Position numbers and translations under genes: made by a program. From positions 32,001 through 96,000 of IMG/VR virus record IMGVR_UViG_3300030376_006003: 64,000 bases of DNA; one strand, given 5' to 3'. This document shows, in pieces, positions 48,959 to 57,756 of the stretch; within the stretch, counting starts at the first letter, position 1; every line of letters starts with the position of its first letter. This DNA is from a virus. Taxonomy: Duplodnaviria; Caudoviricetes. The notes beneath the pieces are model-generated. The model ran no database searches. It had not been told where the DNA came from and saw only the letters and a list, made by a program, of their open reading frames with translations.

Positions 48959-49463
48959 AAGCTAATCCTTGACCTCCACGTACTGAACTTTTTTGTTCTT
49001 CCTTCATATCATTATATGCTCCTTTAAATGATTGTCTTATTGCGTCAAAGTTTTTAGCTGCACTAACTAATGAGTTTATGTTACCGTCTCTACCATGTTC
49101 AATTGATGTACTTTCCATATAATTTGCTAACTTATCAATCATAGACTTAATACCTTTATAAGCTCTAAACGTAGGGGTTTCATATAGTTCAGCACATTTA
49201 TCTAGAGCATATCTTATTTTAGAACATTCTAAAGATTCTTCCATGTTTATTTCATCTAATATTATTTCTTCTTTATCTACTTCAGGTACATTAAAGAAAG
49301 GGTTTAGATCTGGATCAGGGCATGTCATATAAAATAAATACATGTAGACATCTAAATGTGTGTCAGGATATTTATCCATAATTGCCTTTAAAAATTTTAA
49401 AGTGTAACAGTGTTCTGTAGGAACTACTTTTCCGTTTGATATGTCAAATAATTTTACTAACAT
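48945..49463 (-). CDS. Conserved protein upstream of terL, candidate small terminase subunit
   Basis: 172 aa, helical, overlaps the terL start, ends in VRGGQGLAYD. Confidence 0.45.
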   Translation of the reverse strand: MLVKLFDISNGKVVPTEHCYTLKFLKAIMDKYPDTHLDVYMYLFYMTCPDPDLNPFFNVPEVDKEEIILDEINMEESLECSKIRYALDKCAELYETPTFRAYKGIKSMIDKLANYMESTSIEHGRDGNINSLVSAAKNFDAIRQSFKGAYNDMKEEQKSSVRGGQGLAYDQL

Positions 49464-49464
49464 A

Positions 49465-49896
49465 TTATTCTGGTACTTCTACTGCCATTATACCCATAAA
49501 GTCTTCTAAACTTTTTTGAATAGTATATGAACCTTTCTCTGTTACAACGTGAGTATATCCGCTCAAAACAGTTCCTGTAAGTTTATCAAATTGCGCTTCA
49601 AACTTCATTACTTTTTCTAAATCTATATGTACTACTTCACTTATTGAGAAGTCATTGTATCTATTACCAATCCAACTATATATTGTTGTAGGAGTACCTG
49701 ATGTATTTAAAGCAACGCATGTAGCTTTATTATAGGTTGTCCATGTACCACCAGCTGCTGTACATGTGGATGAATCTTGATAAGCGGTACCTAATGAACA
49801 ACCAACCTTCATTCCATCATCATCATAACAATTACCTAGTGTTGAGCTAGACTTAGATCTTACTTTTACTTGTGTAAACTGTTTAAACTTAGGCAT
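49465..49896 (-). CDS. Hypothetical protein with a Cys micro-repeat insertion
   Basis: CSLGTAYQDSSTCTAAGGTW resembles the repeats in 9646..13797. Confidence 0.5.
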   Translation of the reverse strand: MPKFKQFTQVKVRSKSSSTLGNCYDDDGMKVGCSLGTAYQDSSTCTAAGGTWTTYNKATCVALNTSGTPTTIYSWIGNRYNDFSISEVVHIDLEKVMKFEAQFDKLTGTVLSGYTHVVTEKGSYTIQKSLEDFMGIMAVEVPE

Positions 49897-49899
49897 AAT

Positions 49900-50724
49900 T
49901 TATTTATTTTTTAACCACATTATTAATGATCTAACTTCTTCTTTCATATAAGATAGATCATACATTTTAATATCTTTTATTATAGGTTCTCCTTGATCAT
50001 CATATTTTGTTATAGGATAACCGTGAGCATTTTCACCTTCCTTTTCAAAGGAAACATGTTGAATTATAAGTTTCCCAGGTTTTAATTTAGGGTTATGCTT
50101 CAATATAATATACATATAAATACTCAATTGTAAGTTATAATGATTAAGATTACAGTCATCTAAGTGTGATAAAGGTTTATACATCTTTGATGTTATACCT
50201 TCCCAATTAGTAAAACCTTTTGACTTTATTTCTTTATTAGTCTTATAATCTGTAATATTAACCTTACCATTAACAATAGTAACTAAATCAGCCTGACCAC
50301 ATATTGCAGCTGATTTTAAATATGCAAAATGTTCTGGATATACTCCATCTTGTAATTTTTGTTCTGGTGCTATCTTAATACCGTTAGCATCTACAATAGG
50401 TTTTATAATAGGTACTTCTACACCTTCACGTTCTATAGTATTACAATCAAGTATACGTTCTTCTATTTGATTATGATACCAATTACCTAACTTGATTGCT
50501 CTTTGTGTTTCTGAATCCCAGGCATCTAATATTTCTTTTTGAGTCATACCATACCATTTGGATCTTTTGTTCTTACAGGATTTCTTAGCCTGAGCCTTTG
50601 CATCAAACTTAGGTTTAAACTTTCCTATAAATGATGTAACGCTAGTCCAAGTAATATTATCTTTTTCTAGGTTCTCATCTATACTCTCATAGATATGGTC
50701 TTTTTCTTTAAATATAATTGCCAT
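49900..50724 (-). CDS. PD-(D/E)XK superfamily exonuclease
   Basis: SVTS, GNWYH, GQADLV, ITDYKT and YNLQLSIY motifs. Confidence 0.85.
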   Translation of the reverse strand: MAIIFKEKDHIYESIDENLEKDNITWTSVTSFIGKFKPKFDAKAQAKKSCKNKRSKWYGMTQKEILDAWDSETQRAIKLGNWYHNQIEERILDCNTIEREGVEVPIIKPIVDANGIKIAPEQKLQDGVYPEHFAYLKSAAICGQADLVTIVNGKVNITDYKTNKEIKSKGFTNWEGITSKMYKPLSHLDDCNLNHYNLQLSIYMYIILKHNPKLKPGKLIIQHVSFEKEGENAHGYPITKYDDQGEPIIKDIKMYDLSYMKEEVRSLIMWLKNK

Positions 50725-50727
50725 AAT

Positions 50728-51111
50728 TTATATATTTGGTGGAGGATTATTTTCATCATGTAAACTCTGGTCACTTATTCCTCTAGCTTTTTCCTCATTT
50801 TTAACTATTTGTTCATGAAGCATGTCTTCTTCTTTTGCGCTCATTAATTCTTCCCATTTACCTTTAGGGCAAGATGAAGATAATGCTCTTGTTTTAAATG
50901 CTAAACTGCAACCACAATCAGCGCAACATGGTTGAGTTCCTGGTGCAGCACATTTATGACCTTTTGTATCAAGATGTTCACATTCTTTACATATTCTCCA
51001 TCTATGATCTGCTATCTTCTCAACATATTCTCTTTTAAACATACTGTTTTTAACACCTTCATATACTTCACTGATATTTTTTACTCCGTTTAATAGTTTA
51101 CTTATGTTCAT
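50728..51111 (-). CDS. Cys-rich putative Zn-binding protein
   Basis: R..ICKEC...C...CCADCGC...K......CPKGKW pattern. Confidence 0.6.
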   Translation of the reverse strand: MNISKLLNGVKNISEVYEGVKNSMFKREYVEKIADHRWRICKECEHLDTKGHKCAAPGTQPCCADCGCSLAFKTRALSSSCPKGKWEELMSAKEEDMLHEQIVKNEEKARGISDQSLHDENNPPPNI

Positions 51112-51484
51112 TTTTCCAATCTTTTTTTATTTTTACTTCTTTACTTATTCTTTCAGCAGCCTTTTCCATTAATTGTAATTTTTCTTTTATAGGTAAGTGT
51201 TTATTATAACCTTTAAAGGTTCTCTTCTCAAGATTACCTAACATATCCTTATGTCTTTTAATTGCTCTGTCTAGTCTACCTTTTCTTGTTATAAACATTC
51301 CTAGATTTGGAAGTCTTATTCTTGTATGATCAAGATCTTCCATATGCTTTCTAATTTCACTATAGAAGAATCTAACAAACGTGTCTACAAGATTAGGGTG
51401 AACTTCACATTCTTCTGCAACTTCTTCAAAAAACTCTTTATAGCTTTTAGGATTTAAATGTATATCTTTAGTTTCTATATTCAT
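51098..51484 (-). CDS. HU/IHF-like DNA-binding protein
   Basis: Two N-terminal helices followed by RIRLPNLGMF. Confidence 0.6.
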   Translation of the reverse strand: MNIETKDIHLNPKSYKEFFEEVAEECEVHPNLVDTFVRFFYSEIRKHMEDLDHTRIRLPNLGMFITRKGRLDRAIKRHKDMLGNLEKRTFKGYNKHLPIKEKLQLMEKAAERISKEVKIKKDWKNEHK

Positions 51485-51834
51485 TAATCTACTCCTAATA
51501 TTTTAAAGTCTAGAAATATATCACCTGAAGTTTGCACTTTCATATCAGGATTTAGCTGTATAATCTTATTATTTTTTACTACTAGATTTTTTCTTTTTGC
51601 TTTTTGTATTGCATTTCTACACGATTGAGGACTTTTGAAAATCTTCATTTCAGATATACTTGAACAAAAAGCAGTTAAATCTATAGAACCTGCTTTAGCT
51701 AACTCCGTAAGACAATTTAAATCAGAAGGACTGATCTGAGTATTATTCATAAAACAATGAGTAATAATTTGATATTTTATTACATCATTTTTATTTACTT
51801 TAACTCTCTTTTCTACTTTATTTACTATAGCCAT
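51484..51834 (-). CDS. Putative winged-helix DNA-binding protein
   Basis: SPQSCRNAIQKAKRKNLVVK...IQLNP matches a recognition-helix plus wing pattern. Confidence 0.5.
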   Translation of the reverse strand: MAIVNKVEKRVKVNKNDVIKYQIITHCFMNNTQISPSDLNCLTELAKAGSIDLTAFCSSISEMKIFKSPQSCRNAIQKAKRKNLVVKNNKIIQLNPDMKVQTSGDIFLDFKILGVD

Positions 51835-51863
51835 TGTATTTTTTTTAATAATTGTATAATCTC

Positions 51864-51883
51864 CTAGTGTATTTCTACACTAG
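51864..51883. repeat. Intergenic inverted repeat
   Basis: CTAGTGTA-TTTC-TACACTAG forms a perfect 8-bp stem. Confidence 0.6.
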
Positions 51884-51904
51884 AAGACTATATTAATTAT
51901 ATTA

Positions 51905-52243
51905 TTACTCAACTGACTTTAGTTGACGTACTGGAGGTGCATTATCACTGCTTGCGTCCCAGTCAGATCCTGCTTTAGATGCAGGAGCTTTTGGAGCTGC
52001 TTTTGCTGTCTCATTTGCTTCTTGTTGCTGAGCCATTGCATTAGCTATAAACGACTGAGCTTGAATTCTTTCAGCTCTTGCAGCTTCAATATCCTTTAAA
52101 AGTACCTCATAATCTAATTGAACTTTAAGATGTTTAATGCTATCTTTGTAATAAGCTGTAATTTCAGCTCTTTTTGCTTCCATTTCAGTCTTAGAATTTT
52201 CTGCAGCAAGTTCTTCTGCAGTTTTAACGGTTTTCTTTGCCAT
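51905..52243 (-). CDS. Hypothetical coiled-coil protein (112 aa)
   Basis: Ala/Glu/Lys-rich ORF with its own promoter element. Confidence 0.6.
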   Translation of the reverse strand: MAKKTVKTAEELAAENSKTEMEAKRAEITAYYKDSIKHLKVQLDYEVLLKDIEAARAERIQAQSFIANAMAQQQEANETAKAAPKAPASKAGSDWDASSDNAPPVRQLKSVE

Positions 52244-52273
52244 TACATATTGGTTTTAATGATTAATATAATA

Positions 52274-52281
52274 CAAAGATA
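52274..52281 (-). promoter_or_regulatory. Bacteroidota-type -7 element TATCTTTG
   Basis: Matches TAnnTTTG, upstream of the 52243 start. Confidence 0.5.
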
Positions 52282-52319
52282 CAAAAAAAGTTTAAATAAA
52301 AAAAGTTTATAAGGTTTTT

Positions 52320-52979
52320 TTAATATCCTGTCAATAATTTAAGGACATCAGCTATAGCCTTATGTCTATGATTATCTTTCAGTACTATCTTACAGACATA
52401 GTTTGATTCTTTAATCTTTGCTACTTCATGAATAGCAGAATAATTCTCATCTTTTATGTCAATTTGTTGGTAGTCTCCACAAAATATCATCATAGATCCT
52501 TTACCTAAACGTCCTAAAGCCATGCTAAATTGAGACTTAGTGAGGTTTTGGAACTCATCTATGATAATTATGCTGTCATCAAAGGTACGCCCTCTAAAAT
52601 GCGCCAGAGATACTAATTCTATCTCTTCTTCATCCTCCATCTTTTGTAATTTATCAGGTTTGTTGTAAACTTTTCTCATATTTGACTTAATAGGAACTAA
52701 CCACGGTTCTAACTTTTCTTTTTCAGATCCCGGTAGAAACCCATTATCTTCCGTAGAAACAGTTGGTCTTGTAATAATGATTTTATTAAACTGACGTTTA
52801 AAAAATTGATCAAGAGCTACTTGAACTGCAAGTAAAGTCTTTCCAGATCCGGCTTTGCCAACCAAAAAAGTAAAAGGATGATCAAGAATCTTTGTTTTTG
52901 CTTGTTTTTGTTCCTCTGACAGACTTATTGAAAATTGCACTGAGTTCTTTGGCGGGGTCTTTCTTTTGTTTTCTTGCAT
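52320..52979 (-). CDS. phoH: PhoH-family ATPase
   Basis: GKAGSGKT, ITRP, GFLPG, RGRTF, IIDEFQN, GDYQQID and the C-terminal HRH. Confidence 0.92.
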   Translation of the reverse strand: MQENKRKTPPKNSVQFSISLSEEQKQAKTKILDHPFTFLVGKAGSGKTLLAVQVALDQFFKRQFNKIIITRPTVSTEDNGFLPGSEKEKLEPWLVPIKSNMRKVYNKPDKLQKMEDEEEIELVSLAHFRGRTFDDSIIIIDEFQNLTKSQFSMALGRLGKGSMMIFCGDYQQIDIKDENYSAIHEVAKIKESNYVCKIVLKDNHRHKAIADVLKLLTGY

Positions 52980-53265
52980 TTTTGGCTTTTATTTTCTTTA
53001 CTAAATCTCTAACTTCTGCACACTTCTCATAATCCTCTATTTCTATGAAATAATCCATCATATTTACTAGATCTTTTGGTGTAAGATCTTTATATGGATC
53101 ATGAGACAAAAGTAATCCTCCACTTTCTTTAACTATATCTCTCATTGTCTTTCTTTTTGTAAGAATCTCAAATGAATTAAGAAATGCTCTGTTTAACAGT
53201 TCATATTCTAGTAGAGATTGTTGATGTTCACTTAGATCATCATAGTTTTCTAAAGGATCAGTCAT
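52882..53265 (-). CDS. Hypothetical protein with a UvrB/UvrC-like helical hairpin motif
   Basis: FIEIEDYEKCAEVRD. Confidence 0.55.
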   Translation of the reverse strand: MTDPLENYDDLSEHQQSLLEYELLNRAFLNSFEILTKRKTMRDIVKESGGLLLSHDPYKDLTPKDLVNMMDYFIEIEDYEKCAEVRDLVKKIKAKNARKQKKDPAKELSAIFNKSVRGTKTSKNKDS

Positions 53266-53283
53266 ATACTATCTTTTTGGTTA

Positions 53284-53291
53284 CAAAGTTA
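53284..53291 (-). promoter_or_regulatory. Bacteroidota-type -7 element TAACTTTG
   Basis: Matches TAnnTTTG, upstream of the 53265 start. Confidence 0.5.
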
Positions 53292-53316
53292 TAAACTTTT
53301 TTATTTAAGTTCCAAA

Positions 53317-55701
53317 TTATTTTGGATTATATTTTAATAAAGTTTGTTCCATGCCTGTTTTTTTATTTAAGTCATGGTACTTTAATGTTGCTTTACTGAA
53401 GTCATCCATCCACTGTGCTTGAGTATAGTCATGAGGTTTAAATATTTTTGGGAATCTTTTACTTAAACCTGTTTTTGCATAAAGAGGATTTGTAATAAAA
53501 GAATGTGGTAAATTTCTAGCTTGGTTAAATAAATCTGCAGCACCAGGCTTAAATGGTATATAACCACCTGCAGTATTTATTCCTGTAGCACCTGTAAAAT
53601 CCGGTACAGCTTTATAATTTGATTTAAATCTCATATAAGGAGCATAAGCATTCATTAATGTGAATCCTGTATTAAGTCCTCCCCATAAGTACTCCCCGTC
53701 TTGAAAATTCTTTACAGCAGCATCTCCTGATTCATAAGTAAAGTATGCATTAGCTATTGTATTTCCACTTGCTAAACCATATGTGCCAGGTATTGCTGGA
53801 CTCATTATGTTTTTATTTATCCAAGATTTTTGATATGCGTTACTACCAGCTTTAAATGGTTGATAAGCTGTTGCACCTAAATTCTTAGTAAATTGCCATG
53901 CACCATCTTTAAATGTTCTAAAACCTCCAGCCGTTTTAAATGGATGACGAGCACCTGTCCAAAGATTTTTAACTGCGTTTCCTCCTCTAATGGCAGAACT
54001 ACCTAAATAACCTTTAAGAGCTTTACCTCCCCAACCTATTAGCTTAGTACCAGTAACACTTGTAAAAACATTTTCTAAACTAATTATTGATTGTAAACCT
54101 TTTTGGGTAGGTAAAGAAGAGCTATAAAATGGATTTGTTACTTTTTTTCCATCTATTTTATACGTAGGTTGTCCTGTTCCATAGCTTCTACCTGGTGTAT
54201 CATATCCATCTTGATGATAAGAACCAACAAATCCATCCTCAGCATGAGTCTTTACAGCGTCTTCAAAGTTACTTGAAGTTACTTTTTGATAATTTGGTTG
54301 ATATGATGAATGATCTAAATTATTACGCCATTTTGTTTCTGCTTCTTCACTATTCCCATCAACCATAGGTAAGAACTCTACATATTTACCTCCTGTACCG
54401 GTATAACTAGTTTTCCAATTATACAGTTTACCGTTTGGATCAACTCTATTTAACCAACTTACAGCATCTTGATAATCCATCATCACTGGTCCAGTTCCAT
54501 TTCCTCTAAGTTGAGAAAGATCTCCACCAATTGATGCTGTTTTGTTATGTAACTCTTGACTAGCATCTAAAGTAGAAGCTCTATGCCAGTTATTCTCCAA
54601 CAGTTGTCCGTAAGCTGCCAAATTAGCATCAAAATAAGTCCCAGAAAGATCATTTGATTGATACCTTCCTTCAATAGAACCGGGATAATTATTAAAGTCC
54701 TGCATTAAGATGTTTTTACCATTTACTGTAACAAATCCACCTATATGATGAGCACCTTTATTATTTAAAAATTCTAAAGCATCTTCTTCATTATCAAAGT
54801 TAGCATCAACATACTTTAACATTTTAGGATTATTACGCTGTACATACGCTATAGTCTCATCACTAAGTTCAGATATATCCATACGATCATAGGCATACAT
54901 ATCATCATGATCATCATATCTATTTTCATTTAAATGTTGACTTTTAGACCATTTATTATATTGTTCTGAAGGATTAGTACTATGATAATCATACCACTTT
55001 TCTTGTGCTATTCTATCAGCTTCCTCTTGCTCCTCGTCCATTTTGGTCAGTTGGTCAGGGGTAAATCCGTGATAAGGTTCTCCGTCATAAAAGAAAAAAG
55101 GCATATCCATATCATGAGCTAAAGCAAATGCGTCTTTCATACTAGTAGGATACCACGAAGCATCAGAATCACCATTTTTAGATTTTTGAATCCACTCATT
55201 ATGATCATCTTCATTATACTCATGATAAATTGGATAACCATCTATATCTAACATAGGAGCACCATCATCTTCAAATTTTACTCTTCTAAACTTCCCATAG
55301 TTTTGTCCTTGCCAAGTACTACCATCTGCATGGTTACTATGAGCTATTTGAGGAACTGCTAACTGAGTACTTATATACCATTGTATAATTTCTCGTGTTG
55401 ATAAACCACGATGCTTACTTCTCCATTTATCTACTTCTGGATCAAGTTTTCCATTTTTTACCCATTCTGGTCTAAATTCTAACTTAGGAGAACCATCTTC
55501 ATTTACAAATTGAAAAAAGTGATGTATAGTTAAATCTTTTAAAGGACCATCGTATACTTCCTTTTCCCCGTTAGAATCCGTTTCACCACCACGCTTATAT
55601 TTATTCATATTTTTAGAATAACGCTTCTTATCAAATAAAGATAAGTCATAATTTGCAGCAGGATGATGATTACCCCCGTGTTTGTACTTTTCTGATCTCA
55701 T
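53317..55701 (-). CDS. Orphan cargo-like protein (about 794 aa) with two N-terminal YKxGG motifs; start re-assigned to 55701
   Basis: MRSEKYKHGG...YKRGGE. The 55785 start in the ORF track lies in the GC-rich junction and would span a TATATTTG element. Confidence 0.6.
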   Translation of the reverse strand: MRSEKYKHGGNHHPAANYDLSLFDKKRYSKNMNKYKRGGETDSNGEKEVYDGPLKDLTIHHFFQFVNEDGSPKLEFRPEWVKNGKLDPEVDKWRSKHRGLSTREIIQWYISTQLAVPQIAHSNHADGSTWQGQNYGKFRRVKFEDDGAPMLDIDGYPIYHEYNEDDHNEWIQKSKNGDSDASWYPTSMKDAFALAHDMDMPFFFYDGEPYHGFTPDQLTKMDEEQEEADRIAQEKWYDYHSTNPSEQYNKWSKSQHLNENRYDDHDDMYAYDRMDISELSDETIAYVQRNNPKMLKYVDANFDNEEDALEFLNNKGAHHIGGFVTVNGKNILMQDFNNYPGSIEGRYQSNDLSGTYFDANLAAYGQLLENNWHRASTLDASQELHNKTASIGGDLSQLRGNGTGPVMMDYQDAVSWLNRVDPNGKLYNWKTSYTGTGGKYVEFLPMVDGNSEEAETKWRNNLDHSSYQPNYQKVTSSNFEDAVKTHAEDGFVGSYHQDGYDTPGRSYGTGQPTYKIDGKKVTNPFYSSSLPTQKGLQSIISLENVFTSVTGTKLIGWGGKALKGYLGSSAIRGGNAVKNLWTGARHPFKTAGGFRTFKDGAWQFTKNLGATAYQPFKAGSNAYQKSWINKNIMSPAIPGTYGLASGNTIANAYFTYESGDAAVKNFQDGEYLWGGLNTGFTLMNAYAPYMRFKSNYKAVPDFTGATGINTAGGYIPFKPGAADLFNQARNLPHSFITNPLYAKTGLSKRFPKIFKPHDYTQAQWMDDFSKATLKYHDLNKKTGMEQTLLKYNPK

Positions 55702-55705
55702 ATAA

Positions 55706-55713
55706 CAAATATA
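55706..55713 (-). promoter_or_regulatory. Bacteroidota-type -7 element TATATTTG
   Basis: Minus strand reads TATATTTG-TTAT-ATG. Confidence 0.5.
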
Positions 55714-55753
55714 CGGAAAAACCAAAACATAGACAAGATAATTAATGTCTAAT

Positions 55754-55880
55754 CCGGGGTACACCCTTTCATACATGGCCCCCACCCATGTCCGTAGGGG
55801 AAAAAGTTGTATGTATGGGGGTGTGGTTGGGTCCTACATTTAAACTCCCCAACAAAATTTTGGACTGGGGTTACCCCCCA
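55754..55880. other. GC-rich divergent junction between the late (minus) and early/middle (plus) modules
   Basis: G- and C-runs (GGGGTACACCC, GGCCCCCACCC, GGGGGTGTGG, GGGGTTACCCCCC) in an AT-rich genome; the coding strand flips here. Confidence 0.65.
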
Positions 55881-55912
55881 AAGAAATGAATTATTAATTA
55901 AAAAGTAAAAAA

Positions 55913-56281
55913 ATGTTAAAAAAAGAAATGTTTTTTATGGAGACTTATAAATCTCCTAAGTCTGGTAAGACTATGTTAGTCTTTTCTGACAACCAAGTGT
56001 CTCAAGAAGAGGTAGAGAGTGTAAAACAACACAATGAAACTGTTAGAAATGGTTCTATTGTAACCAAGTTTGGAGGTATTTCCGTGAACACTTACGGTTC
56101 ATTCAAACAAGTTGAATCTGGTAATCAAGTTATTGTTCCACTAAACGGAGAATACAACTTCTCTCCTGAGAAACTAGACCAGATGAGACAAAGAACTCAC
56201 AAGGTCATTCAGGGAGAACCTGTTACTTACTCAAGTGGTAACAAGTCAACGTTCCGTTACCTTGGTAAACTTGATGTGTAA
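55913..56281 (+). CDS. Hypothetical protein, first gene of the plus-strand module
   Basis: 122-aa ORF with an A-rich leader and a downstream terminator. Confidence 0.7.
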   Translation: MLKKEMFFMETYKSPKSGKTMLVFSDNQVSQEEVESVKQHNETVRNGSIVTKFGGISVNTYGSFKQVESGNQVIVPLNGEYNFSPEKLDQMRQRTHKVIQGEPVTYSSGNKSTFRYLGKLDV

Positions 56282-56290
56282 GTCTTAAAT

Positions 56291-56327
56291 GTGATAAGAT
56301 TGGGTCTCTGACCCTTTCTTTCACTTT
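56291..56327 (+). terminator. Intrinsic terminator
   Basis: GGGTC-TCT-GACCC followed by TTTCTTT, with outer GTGA/TCAC pairing. Confidence 0.55.
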
Positions 56328-56403
56328 AATTCACTATCATCACGTATAGTTACCTATAATCACGGTAAAGTTTTGTTAATTGTGTGTGTTGAAGTGTGTG
56401 TAG

Positions 56404-56458
56404 GTGGTAACATCTACCACATTTCTCCACATATTACCACATGTAAGTTATTGTGGTA
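56404..56458. repeat. CCACAT direct repeats at 10-bp spacing, flanked by inverted GTGGTA copies
   Basis: CCACAT at 56417, 56427 and 56437; GTGGTA at 56404 and 56453. Confidence 0.6.
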
Positions 56459-56613
56459 TATATAAAGGATATAGCTATCATAAGAGTATCTGTGGCAGTT
56501 TCATGGTAGATCTGTCTCTATGGTACTCTTATGTATAGTCTATAGTGTAATTAGTATACTCTCTCTATGTAGAATGAGAGTATTAGTAACCCAAATCTTA
56601 AAAATAATCAGTT

Positions 56614-57027
56614 ATGGCAAATGTATTAGAAGAAATCAAATCAGTATTAAATAACAATGGTCTACAGTTAGATGACATCAAGTGTTTCACCATTAGTTTT
56701 TGGGTTGGCACTGAGTTAGTTGATTATGGTCCATATTCTCATGAAGAGCCAAAGTATGAGACTATTAATCTTCCTACTTATGAAGGTGATGATAAGCCAG
56801 CTATGTATGATGAGTATCGTGAAGCTAAGCTTGAGGATATTGCAGAGATTGGTAGCATAGAAGGTTTTGGCACTGTTTGGTTAAACAATGGTGATTGGTT
56901 ATATAGACCACAACCACAATTGGAAGAAGTTTATCCTTCTGGTTGGGGATATGAAACAGTTCCTGTAATTCCTAAGAGTTTAATCTTGGATAAGTTTGGT
57001 AATAAAATAGCAAAGTTAAATGGATAG
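56614..57027 (+). CDS. Hypothetical acidic phage protein (137 aa)
   Basis: ORF with GFGTVWLNNGDWLYR motif; followed by a terminator. Confidence 0.65.
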   Translation: MANVLEEIKSVLNNNGLQLDDIKCFTISFWVGTELVDYGPYSHEEPKYETINLPTYEGDDKPAMYDEYREAKLEDIAEIGSIEGFGTVWLNNGDWLYRPQPQLEEVYPSGWGYETVPVIPKSLILDKFGNKIAKLNG

Positions 57028-57044
57028 GAACGTAACCTCATCCA

Positions 57045-57076
57045 GGCGGGTAGGGTTGATCTCCTACCTGTTCTTT
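57045..57076 (+). terminator. Intrinsic terminator
   Basis: GCGGGTAGG...CCTACCTGT stem followed by TCTTT. Confidence 0.6.
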
Positions 57077-57117
57077 GCATACTTAATAATAATAATCAGC
57101 AGCATAAATAAAATCCT

Positions 57118-57756
57118 GTGGATAATACAGGTACACACAGTATGGCAAGAAATATAAATCAGAATTATAAGTACAAGGATGTAATGAAACAGGATACATT
57201 TAGTTATTCTATTCAACCAAAGCATTCACAGTTCAGAGGTAACATGTCTGAGTTAGGACACAGAAGAGATGAGAAGGGTAATGAGTCTATCTATCTATTT
57301 AATAGTTATTACACAGGTTTCTCTCGTCAAGAATATAATATGCTTAATCATACTACTGAGACTACTCTCTACTATGGTATATTGTTACCAAAGTATCTTC
57401 AGTTGAAGATGGAAGAGATGGAGAAGTATATGTTAGAGAGAACAAGACAAAGAAAGAATAGAATAGATCAGTTTTATATAAAGTATAATGATCTAATGAT
57501 AACTATGAATGGTCATGCATTTAATATTGAATCGTCATCTAAACGTTATGGTTTTAGATGGATGAACAATCAACATAGTATTCAAGAAATCAAAGGACTT
57601 CAAGAGTTAATGAAACAAGTAAAGAAAGTATTTAAGTATAATAGTTGTAAAGATATATTCAGAGCTTATGATAAGTCAGAGTATATGCATGAACACAATG
57701 AGAATAAAGTATACTTAGACTTTAAACAATTTTTTAAACTAAAACAAGAGAAATGA
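57118..57756 (+). CDS. Hypothetical protein
   Basis: Open frame, ATGA-coupled to the next gene; true start uncertain (GTG 57118 or a later ATG). Confidence 0.6.
   Translation: MDNTGTHSMARNINQNYKYKDVMKQDTFSYSIQPKHSQFRGNMSELGHRRDEKGNESIYLFNSYYTGFSRQEYNMLNHTTETTLYYGILLPKYLQLKMEEMEKYMLERTRQRKNRIDQFYIKYNDLMITMNGHAFNIESSSKRYGFRWMNNQHSIQEIKGLQELMKQVKKVFKYNSCKDIFRAYDKSEYMHEHNENKVYLDFKQFFKLKQEK

Noticed and set aside
49900-50724. Cas4/CRISPR association of the nuclease
   Set aside because: No Fe-S cysteine cluster pattern and no repeat-spacer array seen in the window.
1425-52312. Plus-strand ORFs in the track within the late module (e.g. 1425, 1995, 3287, 9184, 17081, 29444, 41056, 48140)
   Set aside because: They are antisense shadows of long minus-strand genes, with no leaders or plausible composition.
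55702-55785. N-terminal 28 aa of the 822-aa ORF as given in the track
   Set aside because: This stretch runs through the GC-rich junction and a TATATTTG promoter-like element; ATG 55701 is the more plausible start.
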